From positions 15,810,001 through 15,874,000 of the forward strand of contig JBHGNT010000018.1 of NCBI GenBank assembly GCA_043228905.1: a stretch of 64,000 bases of DNA, given 5' to 3'. The DNA comes from Azolla caroliniana (Eukaryota > Plantae > Polypodiophyta). Numbering within the stretch: the first letter of the stretch is position 1; each line of letters begins with the position of its first letter. A program made the translations under genes and the position numbers. A model generated the notes under the pieces. It saw only the letters and a list, made by a program, of their open reading frames with translations. It ran no database searches and was not told where the DNA came from. Positions 9,686 to 20,929 of this stretch are shown piece after piece.

Positions 9686-12600
9686 CTCCCCCTCAAGCTC
9701 AACTCGAGGCTCTTCGGGATCCTCGGGCTCACAGCTCCGGTTCCTCCTGGCTTCACGCCTCGCTCGCGCTCCTCGACCTGTTCGACTCCGCGCGCTTCGA
9801 CCCTTCCGGTCGGCTTGTCTGCTCATGCGGCCCTTATCAGCTCTTCTGCTGTTGCGGTGTCGACACTTCTTCTGTTGCCTTTTCTTCCGCTTGGGCCTCA
9901 GTTGATTCAACGTGTCTGAATCAAACATCCGAACCAACTCGGCTGCCTCCGATCGGTTTTCGCTCTCGTCTGAGTTGGCTGTCTCCAACTCGTCTTCAGT
10001 CTTCTCGCCCTCGATGGCGTTGTCTCCCCTATGCGAGGTTGGCTTCAGCTCTTTCCTTCGGTTGCTCCCCTTCTGTCTGCTTCCGGACTTTTCCGCGGGT
10101 CCGCCCTCGGCTTCTTTAGCCGATCCAATGTCGAACTTGTCAAACAACTCGGTGTCGCGGTGTCCGCTCCTTTCCTGCTGCCTTGCTTGGTCGTTCGGGA
10201 CTGTTCTCCCCCTCAAGTTCGGCACGTCAAGGTGACGCAACCTGAGCGCACCTGAGAATTGCCGCAACTTGTCCAGACCAAGAGGCTTGGTGAAGATGTC
10301 GGCAGTCTGCCGATCCGTCGGAACGTATTGAAGTTCGACTTCACCGGAAAGGACACGCTCACGAACGAAATGGTAGTGCACCTCAATGTGCTTGGTCCGT
10401 GCGTGGAAGACGGGGTTCTTCGCGAGCTGGATGCTGCTGAGGTTGTCGTAGTAGATCGTCGTCAGATCTGACACCTCCTCTTGCCGGTCCTTATGTAGCC
10501 GCTTCAACCATATGGCTTCGCATGTCGCGACAGCCGCTCCTCGGTACTCAGCTTCGGTGCTCGACAGGGCAACTGTCGGCTGCTTCTTACTGCTCCACGC
10601 GATCGCGGCACTCCCGAGGGAGAACGCGTATCCGGACGTGGATCGGCGATCGGCGGCGTTGCCAGCCCAATCAGCATCGGTGTAGCCGACTAACTGCTCG
10701 GCTGCACCGGTCCGATATAGTAGTCCGCGGTCCTTAGTGCCGCTTACGTACCGCAGTACGCGTTGCGCACACTGAAGGTGCTCCTTGGTAGGTCGCGCCA
10801 TGAACTGACTGATCACTCCGACCGGATAACTGAGGTCGGGTCGGGTGATGGTCAAGTATATGAGACTTCCGACAATTTGTCGGAACCTCGTCGGGTCGCA
10901 TACCTTTCCCGTATCGGGACGAAGCTTGACGGTTCTGTCCAGAGGAGTCGAGACAGTCTTATAGTCGGCCATCCCGAATTTGAAGAGCATACTCAGCACG
11001 TAGTGACGTTGGCTGATCAATATGCCTTCGGGGGTACGGATCACTTCGATCCCGAGGAAGTAATGAAGGTCCCCCAGATCCTTCATGTCGAAGGATGCCG
11101 CAAGCTGGAGCTTCACGCGGTCGATTTCACCTAGGTCGGCGCCGGTGATGACCAAGTCATCAACATATAGTAAAATACTAACCGGTCCGAGTCGACCTTT
11201 CCGGATGAATAGGGAAGAGTCCGATTTTGACGTGGCGAAGCCCATCTGACGCAGTTGTTGCGTGATCTTCGCGTTCCAGGCACGCAAGGCTTGCTTCAGT
11301 CCGTAAAGGGACTTCTTCAGTCGGCATACTGCCGAGGAGTTCGTTCCGGAGTGAAATCCGGGGGGCTGTACCATGTACACTTGTTCCTCAAGGTCACCTT
11401 GCAGGAACACATTCTTTACATCCATCTGATGTAAGTGCCACCCCTTGGCCGCGGCTACTGCGAGCAAAACACGGACGATCGTCATTTTCGCGACCGGCGC
11501 AAACGTCTCATCATAGTCGATGCCATGTTTCTGCGCGTAGCCCTTTGCCACCAGCCGAGCCTTGTATCGGTTGACTGAGCCATCGGTGTTGTACTTGACC
11601 TTGTACACCCACCTACACCCGATCGGTTTTACCCCTTTTGGTGCATCAACCAGGTCCCAGGTCTCATTCTCCGCCAATGCGTGCATCTCTTCCTCCATCG
11701 CGGCACGCCAATTCGCGTCTTTAGCCGCTTTTGCGTAGCGCTCCGGCTCACGCACTTCCGCTACACGGGTCATGTACGCATAATGATGCACCATGTACTC
11801 GTTGTATCCGAACCGCAAAACAAGATTCTTCTGGCGGGTAGATCGTCGTAATCTCACATCAGCCGATGTCGAGGCCTTCTCGGTCGACGCGGTCTTCAGC
11901 TTTAAAGACCCGTCACCGGTTCCCTCGGAGTCGGACTCGCGTCGGTCTGACTCGTTCCTATCCGTGCCGGAATCCGACACCTTCTTCTTCCCTTTCTCTT
12001 TGCGCGTAAGCCGTCTCCTCGGCTTCCTGCGCGGGGAATGCACGGCCGAGTCTCCACTACTCGCCGGCTCTTCATCGGACTGGTCGTACCGACTCAGTCG
12101 TCCAATCGGTTCACTTAACCGGAGTGAAATCGGACTCTCTTCACGGGTCTCGATTTCGGGCTCATCCGGAGGCATCTCGGCCTCGCTGACCTCATCGTCA
12201 GAACTCGTATTGGAGTTGGGGTTCCGAGTCGGGGGCAGGTACCAGGACGCGGACTCGTCAAACACAACGTCGCGGCTGACACGCGCTTGTTTAGTGCGAG
12301 GGTTATAGCACTTATAACCCTTCTGCTCGTCCGAGTAACCGACCAAGATGCACTTCTCGGCCTTTGCCTCTAGCTTCCTCCTTTTCTCCTTCGGTACATG
12401 CACATACGCAATGCTACCGAACACCCTCAAGTGTCGCAAGTTCGGCTTCGTTCCGAAATATAGCTCGTGCGCCGACATTTTGTCTCCGATCCGGTTCTGG
12501 ATGTATACCGCGGTCCTTACCGCCTCGGCCCAGTAGAACTTGGGCAAGCTCTTCTCCTCCAGCATTGCCCGTGCCGCTTCCACAATCGACCGATTCTTTC

Positions 12601-13552
12601 TCTCGGCCACGCCGTTCTGCTCTGGCGTGTATCTACAACTGAATTCGCGGCGAATTCCCATTTGTTGTAGGTAACCGTTGAATTGACCGGAAAAGTACTC
12701 TTTCCCGCCATCCGACCACATGCACTTGATCTTTCGTCCCGTTTCGGCTTCCACGAACCCTTTGAGGTCCTGGAAACAGTCGAAGACTTCGCTCTTCCTC
12801 TCAATGAGGTAGATCCACGTGTGCCGCGTGTGGTCGTCGATGAAGGAGAAGAAATATCGGCTCCCGCCAAGACTAACGTTTTGTGCCGGCCCCCATACAT
12901 CGGCGTGTATAAGGTCGAGCTTGTTCTGGCTCCGGTTTTGCTCGTTGGGGAAGGGAAGTCGGTGTTGCTTCCCGAGCTGGCAGGCTTCAAAAATTTGTGC
13001 CTTTTGGCCACTAAATTTGGGCAATCCGAACACTACCTGTTTCGTTTGCAGATCTTGAAACCGCTGGTAGTTGACGTGGCCTAGCCGCTTGTGCCACAAG
13101 TCGATGTCCGACTCGGTCTTTTGTCCCTTTGCGAACATTGCGGTGCCGCCGTCAGTGGAATCGAGGATGAACATCCTCCCATCTCTGCGCCCTTGCGTAA
13201 TCACACGGCCTTCTTCCTCAATGAAGCACTCGAGGTGTGTAAACCGAACCTCCATCCCTTGGTCGACGATCTGTCCGACCGAGACCAAGTTCTTCGTGAT
13301 TGTCGGAACGTGCAACACATTCATGAGTTTCCCTTTTTGCCCGACATGGCTAAGGGGAACTTCTCCGACATTCTCGATCGGATGCGGAGTGTCGTCTCCT
13401 GTTGCGACTACTCCCGGTTGTATCGGTTTTTCAAGGTACAAGAACCACTCCTTATGGCTCGTCATGTGGTTTGACGCGCTGGAGTCTACGTACCACACCT
13501 CGTCCGATCTCGGGGTGCTCTGTTTCATTGAGTTTGCTTCGTGTCTCGACAC
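9680..13552 (-). CDS. Copia F pol (PR, GAG-pre-integrase, INT, RT, RH) plus about 170-aa charged C-terminal tail
   Basis: 1290-aa ORF with WYVDSSASNHM, LWHKRLGH, DVWGP, SDGGKEY, QNGVAERKNR, QMDVKN, YGLKQA, LYVDDL, TDADWAG, EAEY, TKHIEVHYHF, ADIFTK. Stop codon falls inside the LTR. Confidence 0.93.
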   Translation of the reverse strand: MSRHEANSMKQSTPRSDEVWYVDSSASNHMTSHKEWFLYLEKPIQPGVVATGDDTPHPIENVGEVPLSHVGQKGKLMNVLHVPTITKNLVSVGQIVDQGMEVRFTHLECFIEEEGRVITQGRRDGRMFILDSTDGGTAMFAKGQKTESDIDLWHKRLGHVNYQRFQDLQTKQVVFGLPKFSGQKAQIFEACQLGKQHRLPFPNEQNRSQNKLDLIHADVWGPAQNVSLGGSRYFFSFIDDHTRHTWIYLIERKSEVFDCFQDLKGFVEAETGRKIKCMWSDGGKEYFSGQFNGYLQQMGIRREFSCRYTPEQNGVAERKNRSIVEAARAMLEEKSLPKFYWAEAVRTAVYIQNRIGDKMSAHELYFGTKPNLRHLRVFGSIAYVHVPKEKRRKLEAKAEKCILVGYSDEQKGYKCYNPRTKQARVSRDVVFDESASWYLPPTRNPNSNTSSDDEVSEAEMPPDEPEIETREESPISLRLSEPIGRLSRYDQSDEEPASSGDSAVHSPRRKPRRRLTRKEKGKKKVSDSGTDRNESDRRESDSEGTGDGSLKLKTASTEKASTSADVRLRRSTRQKNLVLRFGYNEYMVHHYAYMTRVAEVREPERYAKAAKDANWRAAMEEEMHALAENETWDLVDAPKGVKPIGCRWVYKVKYNTDGSVNRYKARLVAKGYAQKHGIDYDETFAPVAKMTIVRVLLAVAAAKGWHLHQMDVKNVFLQGDLEEQVYMVQPPGFHSGTNSSAVCRLKKSLYGLKQALRAWNAKITQQLRQMGFATSKSDSSLFIRKGRLGPVSILLYVDDLVITGADLGEIDRVKLQLAASFDMKDLGDLHYFLGIEVIRTPEGILISQRHYVLSMLFKFGMADYKTVSTPLDRTVKLRPDTGKVCDPTRFRQIVGSLIYLTITRPDLSYPVGVISQFMARPTKEHLQCAQRVLRYVSGTKDRGLLYRTGAAEQLVGYTDADWAGNAADRRSTSGYAFSLGSAAIAWSSKKQPTVALSSTEAEYRGAAVATCEAIWLKRLHKDRQEEVSDLTTIYYDNLSSIQLAKNPVFHARTKHIEVHYHFVRERVLSGEVELQYVPTDRQTADIFTKPLGLDKLRQFSGALRLRHLDVPNLRGRTVPNDQARQQERSGHRDTELFDKFDIGSAKEAEGGPAEKSGSRQKGSNRRKELKPTSHRGDNAIEGEKTEDELETANSDESENRSEAAELVRMFDSDTLNQLRPKRKKRQQKKCRHRNSRRADKGRMSRQADRKGRSARSRTGRGARARREARRNRSCEPEDPEEPRVELEGEC

Positions 13553-14482
13553 GAAGGCAGACCCTTCTCCGGCTCTCCCGGAGTCTTCAGCGTAGTGCGA
13601 TTGCTGCCGATTTCCCTTGTCGGTATTTCTGGAGCCATTTCTCTTCGAATCGGTGCGCTTCTTCCAGCACTCACTTTCCTTGTGGCCTTTCTTGCCACAG
13701 TACCAGCACTCCGCGATGGCCTTCCCTTGCCGGTTCTCATCGCTTCGACTCCCCCTGTTTCTGGAGGGTCCGGAGTTGCTGTCGGCATCACTTCAGTGCC
13801 TTCTTCCTTGATCTCGTCGGCCGCCTCCATTGCGTACCGACTCGCCTCGTCCGCCACGACTACGGGGCCTTTCTCCCTCCGTGTACAACATCTTGTTGTC
13901 GGTGTGCGTGCTCGTCAACGCACCCGCGTGGTTCTCCTCTACCAGGAGCATCAACTATAAGTCGAAAAAGGACGACGTATTCTCCCGGGTACATACAGCC
14001 GTTCGGAACGCTCCGAACTTCGACGCCAAACCTCCGAGACAAATCTGGACCATTTCGCTCTCCTCGATGTTCACCTCTATGGAGGCGAGGGAGTCGCAGA
14101 TATCCTTGATCTTCGAGGTATAGTCCGCCACCGACAAGTCGCGTTGTCGTAGGTTGCTCAACTCCTGTCGGAGCTAAAGCTTCCTGGCTGTGGTGCTCAC
14201 GGCGAAAATCTTCTTCAGATTTTCCCACGCACCCTTCGGCGTCTTTGCATCCCGAACATAGCTCAATAGCTGTTCGCCCACACACGACGCGAAGCAGTAT
14301 AATACCCTGCTCGCCGATTGCTCCCACGATGGGAAGTCTCTGTGTGTCGATTCGGGTGCCGCGTCATTAGCTCCTTCGACATAACTCCATTAGCCGTGCC
14401 CGAGCAGGTACTGGTGCATCTTGTAGGACCAAGACGCGTAGTTGGTTCTGTTGAGTTTCTCTGTTGGAAGCGAGCTCGCCAT
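13553..14482 (-). pseudogene. Copia F gag, interrupted by stop codons
   Basis: ATG at 14482 (MASSLPTEKLNRTNYASWSYKM), YTSKIKDICDSL, CWYCGKKGH zinc knuckle; several in-frame TAA/TAG. Homologous to D gag. Confidence 0.85.
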
Positions 14483-14566
14483 GCCTCTATCCATCGTTCT
14501 TCTCGTTCTTCTTCGTCAAGCTGTGTCGGCTGCAGAGAGGTTCTCAACCCTCGCGCTCTGATACCA

Positions 14567-14961
14567 TGTAAAAAGAAGCGTGCGGAAGCAGGTATGAAGA
14601 CCGAACAGAAGGAAGGAAACTCAGGTTCAATGGAGATCTTGAGCTTAAATGGTATATGCGGGAGAGACAGAGAGAGTGAGAGAGAAGATAGAAAAATATA
14701 TATTCAACAATAATACTCAGTCTGTACATAAGACGTGCTCAGTGAACACTTTTATACAAGTCCTAGAAGGACTGACCGAAGTACTGACAGTACTTCAATG
14801 CTCATCAAGAGCTCCTACACTAACTCCCAAATATATTCCTCACGGAATATCTTTCCTAACGACCTCCCGGTTTATGTACTCGACCTAACCGATCAGTCCC
14901 AACCGATCCAATCCTCGGCTTCTTCAGCCGATCCGGCCGATGTTGAGCTTGTCTCTCAACA
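14567..14961 (-). repeat. 5' LTR of F
   Basis: Followed on the minus strand by the iMet PBS; TSD AACTC on the outer side. Confidence 0.95.
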
Positions 14962-15189
14962 AACTCCACAATTGATGAATGTCTCCCTAAGTAATGTTGC
15001 TACCATGCCAACACCCATATCACCAAGTAATGTTGATGCCATGCCAAAGCCCATAGCACCAATTCCATCGTATTCAACATGTTGTACTCATATATCTTCT
15101 TTCATTATGATTCCTTGATCACTGCTATATTTGAGAGTTCATCATATCCAGATGAACCTACCATATAAAAATACTAGTTCTCTACTACA

Positions 15190-16410
15190 ATCCAATATCC
15201 TCAAACCCTCATGAAAATTTGCTTCTGCCTCATCCACCATCTTCGTTCATCGTTGTATAAACTAAAAATAAGTAAATTTGGTTCAAAATATTTGCACATC
15301 AACCATCTTGCAATTTTCCATCAAATTCCTATATAGACAACAAACAAAACAAATAAGTTGTCCTCATCCACTCATGAAATCCTGCTTCAATCCTCGACAA
15401 CATCCTCACTCATCATTTCAAAAATAAATCAGTTTCATTTTCCACAACAACCATCTTGCCATTCATCGCCCGAGTCTTATATCTCTCTATTTTCAACAAT
15501 TTCATGTACATACACAAAACAGAATGAATCCACTCTCCTCAAACCCTCATGAAACCTTGCGTCTGCCTCCACCACCATCTTCACTCATCAGTTTAGAAAC
15601 TGAAAATAAATAAGTCTGCTTCAAAAAACTTCCACATCAACCATCTCGCCATTTTCCATCAAAATCCTGTATAGACAACAAACAAAACGAATCAGTTGTT
15701 CTCATCCACTCATGAAATTTTGCTTCAACTCTCGACAACATCCTCACTCATCCTTTAAAATATAAATTAGCTTCATTTTCCACTACAACCATCTTGCCAT
15801 TCATCGTCCGAGTCCTATACCTACAAAAACCAAAATGATTCTACTTTTCTCATCCCCTAATGAAAGGATGATTTAGCGCTTAATGAAAAGATTCTTCACC
15901 CCCCCACACCATCCTTATCAAATAAAACATCCGCTTCATTTTCCACATCCATCATCCCGTCGATTAAGACCATAGTCTTGTACCTCTCCATTTTCAGCAA
16001 TTTCCTACATATACACAAATCAACTCTCCTCAGATCCTCATGAAAATTTGCTTCTGCCTTTGTCACCATCTTCACTCATCATTCTAGAACTAAAAATAAA
16101 TAAATATGCTTCAAAATATTTCCACATCAACCATCTCGCCATTTTTCACCAAATTCCTGTATAAACAACAAACAAAACGAATTAGCTGTGCTCATCCCCT
16201 CATGAAATTCTGCTTCAACCCTCAACAACATCCTCATTCATCCTTTCAACAATAAATCATCTTCATTTTCCACATCAACTATCTTGCCAGTCATCGCTCG
16301 GATCTTGTGCCTACAAAAAATAGATTGAGTCTACTATTCTCATCCCCAGATGAAAGGATGCTTTAGTGCCCAATGAAAAGATACTTCAGACCCCGACACC
16401 CTCAACATTC
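15190..16410. repeat. Degenerate A/C-rich tandem repeat, three units of about 330-490 bp with an internal sub-motif
   Basis: CTCCTCAAACCCTCATGAAA-like starts near 15198, 15535 and 16026, each followed by ACAACAAACAAAAC; repeated sub-motif TTCCACA(T/A)CAACCATCT(T/C)GCCA. Confidence 0.8.
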
Positions 16411-17069
16411 CTTCTTCGAAACACTACAAATGTGCTATATCTTCCATGTCAATCCTACCGCCCATTACCGTCAAAATCCTCAACCATCAATCTGCAAGCA
16501 TTAATCTACTTGCACCAACAGGACCGATCAGTCACCAATAATCTATTTTTAGCCCCACACTTGCTAACATCATCCTTACCCAAAAACCAACCTGAAAATA
16601 TGCTACAGCCCCCGACATCATCTTCAATCATTAAAAATAGAAAAGCTACTTCTTTTTCCCACATCCACCCTCTTGCCGATTAACACCAAAGGCTTGTACA
16701 TACAAAAAAACAAAATGAGTCTAGGTCGTAATCCCCTCTTAAACTATTGTGTAACCCCCGCCACCATCTTTGCCACCAAAATCCTTGACCAACCATCTCG
16801 CTGAATCCAACAATCTACTTCCACGAATGGAACAAGTCACCTATGCCTCAATCACCTCCATCTTGAGTAATGTTGTTTGCAATATGAACGATGCTGGTGG
16901 CGGAAAAAACCAACGAGGTGGAAAGTTAATTCCACTTAACATCATCACCCACATCCAACATAATAGGAATAGATACCCAAACTCTACGAATTCTTTTTCT
17001 TTTCTGGTTAGCTGTATTTCCATAACCCTTATAACTATCATACTCACCTTTTATTGTATGTATCAATAA

Positions 17070-19400
17070 TTCCCAAAAGGTCTTAACCTGATCCACAACA
17101 TGAATTTTTTCAGTATTGTATAGTTTGGAACACCTCACTTTCCACAGAACTCATAAGGCCAAAGAGGAAACAATCTGCCAAACATAACACTGCGAGAAGA
17201 ACTTGATTCCCGACAGGGAGGTTGAACCAAAGTACACATGAAGACTTTTCACATGTAAAGTCAATGAAGAATTATGATAAAGATAAAATGTCTTTTGTTG
17301 AGCCAACGTTCCCCAAAATACTGCACCCCATGTGAAAATGGCCAACCTATACTTACGACCTAATAACCTAAGAATTCGAAACCAAAAACTTTTGGCCGTA
17401 ATACATTCCCAAAAAACATGATGCAATGTCTCAAATGCAAACCCACACATAACACATGATCTATCAGACACTGTTCCCCTCAATAAAACTCCTATTGGCA
17501 AGGCATAATGAATCATCAACCATCGAAAATGTAGTACCTTATTCATACACTTAAACATATGAGAGGATGAAACATTACCTTCCTCCCAATACGTTTTACT
17601 CGTAGGTACAAACTCAATTTGATTCAAACGGAAATTCCTACCAAACACCACAAAATATGTGAAGAATGGGAGGACCTTTGTTTGTGACGTGTCGGATCTG
17701 GACAGGTTCCAACCATAATCAGACAGATCCCAATGCAAATCAGCAATTGGCCTAGATTGTAAAACCCAAATATGATACGAGTATTTAGCAATTAAGGGAT
17801 TACGATCTATAAATATCTTTTTATCTAATCGGGCAATTACTCGCATTGGTAACTGATTTGCAGAAGACATAATTGGAGCCTCCTCCACTAAAAACAACCT
17901 ACCATTATCTAGAACTTCATAAAAATAAAGGCTGCCATTTTGATTGTATAAACAAGCTCCTAAAAGGATATTAAGAGTCGAAAACATACCATACCAATTT
18001 TGAAAATGATCGAACTGCATAATTGGCATTGTTACCTGAAACACCATGGACACTTGAGAGAACATAATATTTGCCCCTCTTAAATTAGACAACCTATTCC
18101 TCTAGTCCTACGCTTAAGTCTGCAAAAACTTTAGCCAATCCGCAACTGTACGGGCAAGGCCACTATCCAATGTTGCCCAAGATAACCTAGGCCGTAAACT
18201 CAAAACACATGCAACTTCATTAGTAAATAAGGAATTCCATAACAATGGTTGATGCATGAATTAAGAATACGTTTTTGGTGGCAAGAAAACAAGTGCTTGA
18301 CGAATACTTTCCCATGCACGACTAATTCCATTAATGAAATGTAAAGACCCAATAGTCGACTTAGGTAACGGAAAATTCAAATTAAAGAACCATCTAAGAC
18401 TATCCCTCCATTGACCACCTACTAATGGCTTAAACTTATGTAAACTAAGAATCCATAACTTTTTCCATAACTCCTCTCCACACAATAAACTCCTAACAAC
18501 ATGTTTAGCAAGTAATGCCTTACTTTGCATTAAGGGATTAATCAAACCTAAACCTCCTTTCTGTTTAGACTGTATAAGAACTGACCAAGCGACCTTGCTA
18601 CATGAGTGTCTGAACTAGCATTCCCCCAAATAAAATTTCGTACTAGACATTGAACTTTAAGCATTACTAACCTAGAAAACAACCATGTAGATGCTATGTA
18701 CCAAATCGAGGACAAAAGCACCGAATTTGCAATAACTACACTTCCTACTAAGGACAAGTTTTCCTTATTCTAGTATATTAGCTTATTTCTTAATCTTACC
18801 AACAAGGGCACTATCATATAATCTGCATTTAATCCCAAAACCATTCCACATCCTAAATACCTAATAGAATGACTTGTATGTATCCATGTAAATCCTGAAC
18901 TAAATACATTAATTGGCGGATCTCCCTCAGCCACCCAAAAACCTGATAATTTATCCCAATTAATCAATGCACCCGATGCATCTAAGAAGTTTTTCACAAC
19001 TTTTTGAACCTGGAACAAATTAATTCACTATCCACACCAACATAGAGAGCTGTATCATCAGCAAACTCAATATCCATGCTAACATCTACAAATGGTAGGG
19101 TGAAACCTTTGATATTTACATTACGAGAATTTAAATGTATAGAAAATGCTTCAAAAACTAGTAGAAACAAAAAAAAGGAGCAAGTGGACATCCCTGTCGT
19201 ACAGATCTTGAAATAGAGAAACGCCTACCAATATCCCTTGCAAATGAAAGAGAACTGTGTGCATTATGATATAGTGCTGAAACTCCTCGTATCCATCTGT
19301 TTGGAAAACCCATCCTAAGCAAAGTGCCCTCCATAAATCCCAATCCGCTTTGTCATAAGCTTTTTCATAATCAAGAAATAACATTGCCAAATCTTGCTTA
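17070..19400 (-). mobile_element. 5'-truncated, frameshifted LINE (L1/Tx1-like) ORF2
   Basis: LDYEKAYDK, SVRQGCPLAP, EFADDT, YLG, SLVGSVVIANSVLLSSIWY, and C-terminal zf-RVT-like CVMC...ETLHHVFWEC across broken ORFs. Confidence 0.88.
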
Positions 19401-19990
19401 TGTCAGAAATAACAGAAAATCATTCTTGTCATCATTACTTCTTGGCATTGTCCTTTTTCAGACTATAAAAGGACAAGCACACTTATGATTCAGTATTGAT
19501 TACGAGTGGTGGCTATTGAAGAGCTATTAATTGCATATTCTATTTTTATACCGTTTTGTCACGAAATGTAGACCAATTTTTCACAAAAACTCTTTCGGCT
19601 CCCTTCTTTGTCACAGAAAAGAGAACTGTGTGCATTACGATATAGTGCTGAAACTCCTCATATCCATCTGTTTGGAAAACCCATCCCGAGCAAAGTGCCC
19701 TCCATAAAATCCTAATCCACTCTATCATAAGCTTTTTCATAATCAAGAAATAACATTGCCAAATCTTGCTTATGTCAGAAATAACAGAAAATCATTCTTG
19801 TCATCATTACTTCTTGGCATTGTCCTTTTTCAGACTATAAAAGGACAAGCACGCTTATGATTTAGTATTGATTATGAGTGGTGGCTATTGAAGAGCTATT
19901 AATAGCATATTCTATTTTTATACCATTCTGTCTCGAAATGTAGACCAATTTTTCACAAAAACTCTTTCGGCTCCCTTCTCTGTCATAGAA
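19251..19990. repeat. Direct tandem duplication of about 371 bp spanning the LINE 5' junction
   Basis: AGAACTGTGTGCATTA at 19251 and 19622; CACAAAAACTCTTTCGGCTCCCTTC near 19582 and 19954. Confidence 0.9.
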
Positions 19991-20929
19991 AAGCACAGAA
20001 AATACAGGCGAGCAAAGCGACTAGCATTCTCACCCAGGCGAATAGACAATAGAACTTGACCAACAACACATGAAAGGCATTGCGACTCTCTCTGTTGAGC
20101 ACTGACAACAATGAAGACATTCACATAGAAGAAGAGGAAGGAGCCATGCTAATGGAAGTATCAGAGCGCTTGCATCGATGGCTAAAGATGAATAGTCTAG
20201 AAGGGTATCTTCGAATGGCGTACACAGAGCCCCACCCTCACGTAGAAGACATAGTAAAAGAAATCAACATCGAAAGAATCACGCGTCGGTTCCTCAATTT
20301 GAAAAAAGAGGAGTATGATGAAATAGATACTCTCAAAGCCGACATTCTGTAGTCATATTTCAGCGAATATTCTCCATCAACAAAGGCTTATAGGACTCAG
20401 GGAGGGGAGGACCTATTTTTTCAAGATGTGGCAAAATTTCTTTTGGAGGTCACTTGTGTCAGTCCGCAGTCCTATTGTATCCCCAAACAGAGGGTTGGTT
20501 TCATAATCGTGAGATAGGAGATGATATAAATGCCTTCTTAAGACTCTCAAAAGCCATGTCCGCTTCTTTAGACCAAACAAATGACTGCCCCTTGGTAAGT
20601 TGTGTGAGAGGTAGAATAAGCTTTGAGTAATCCGGTATAAACTTGCGGCAAAAATTGGCAAAACCTAAAAAACATTGCACATCTCGCAATGAATGTGGAG
20701 TCTGCCACTCTACCACAGTTTTGACCTTAGCTGGATCCATAGAGATGCCTTTCAAGGACATGACATAGCCCAGAAATTCCACTTGGTTGCACTCGAAACT
20801 ACATTTTTCTAGGTTTACATAAAGACCATGTTCTCGAAGCTGTTTATGTACTAATAGTACATGAGAATCATGCTCTTCTTGGGTCTTCGAATAAACTAGT
20901 AGATCATCCAAATAGATGATCAAACCAAC

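Larger units (their letters stand above)
9291..14961 (-). mobile_element. Full-length Ty1/copia element F
   Basis: Two 395-bp LTRs (9291-9685, 14567-14961), perfect TSD AACTC (9286-9290 / 14962-14966), tRNA-iMet PBS TGGTATCAGAGC at 14566-14555, PPT GAGGGGGAG next to 9685. Confidence 0.97.

Noticed and set aside
15190-16410. CRISPR-like array
   Set aside because: Long degenerate units with no constant repeat plus unique spacer structure; eukaryotic context and no cas genes.
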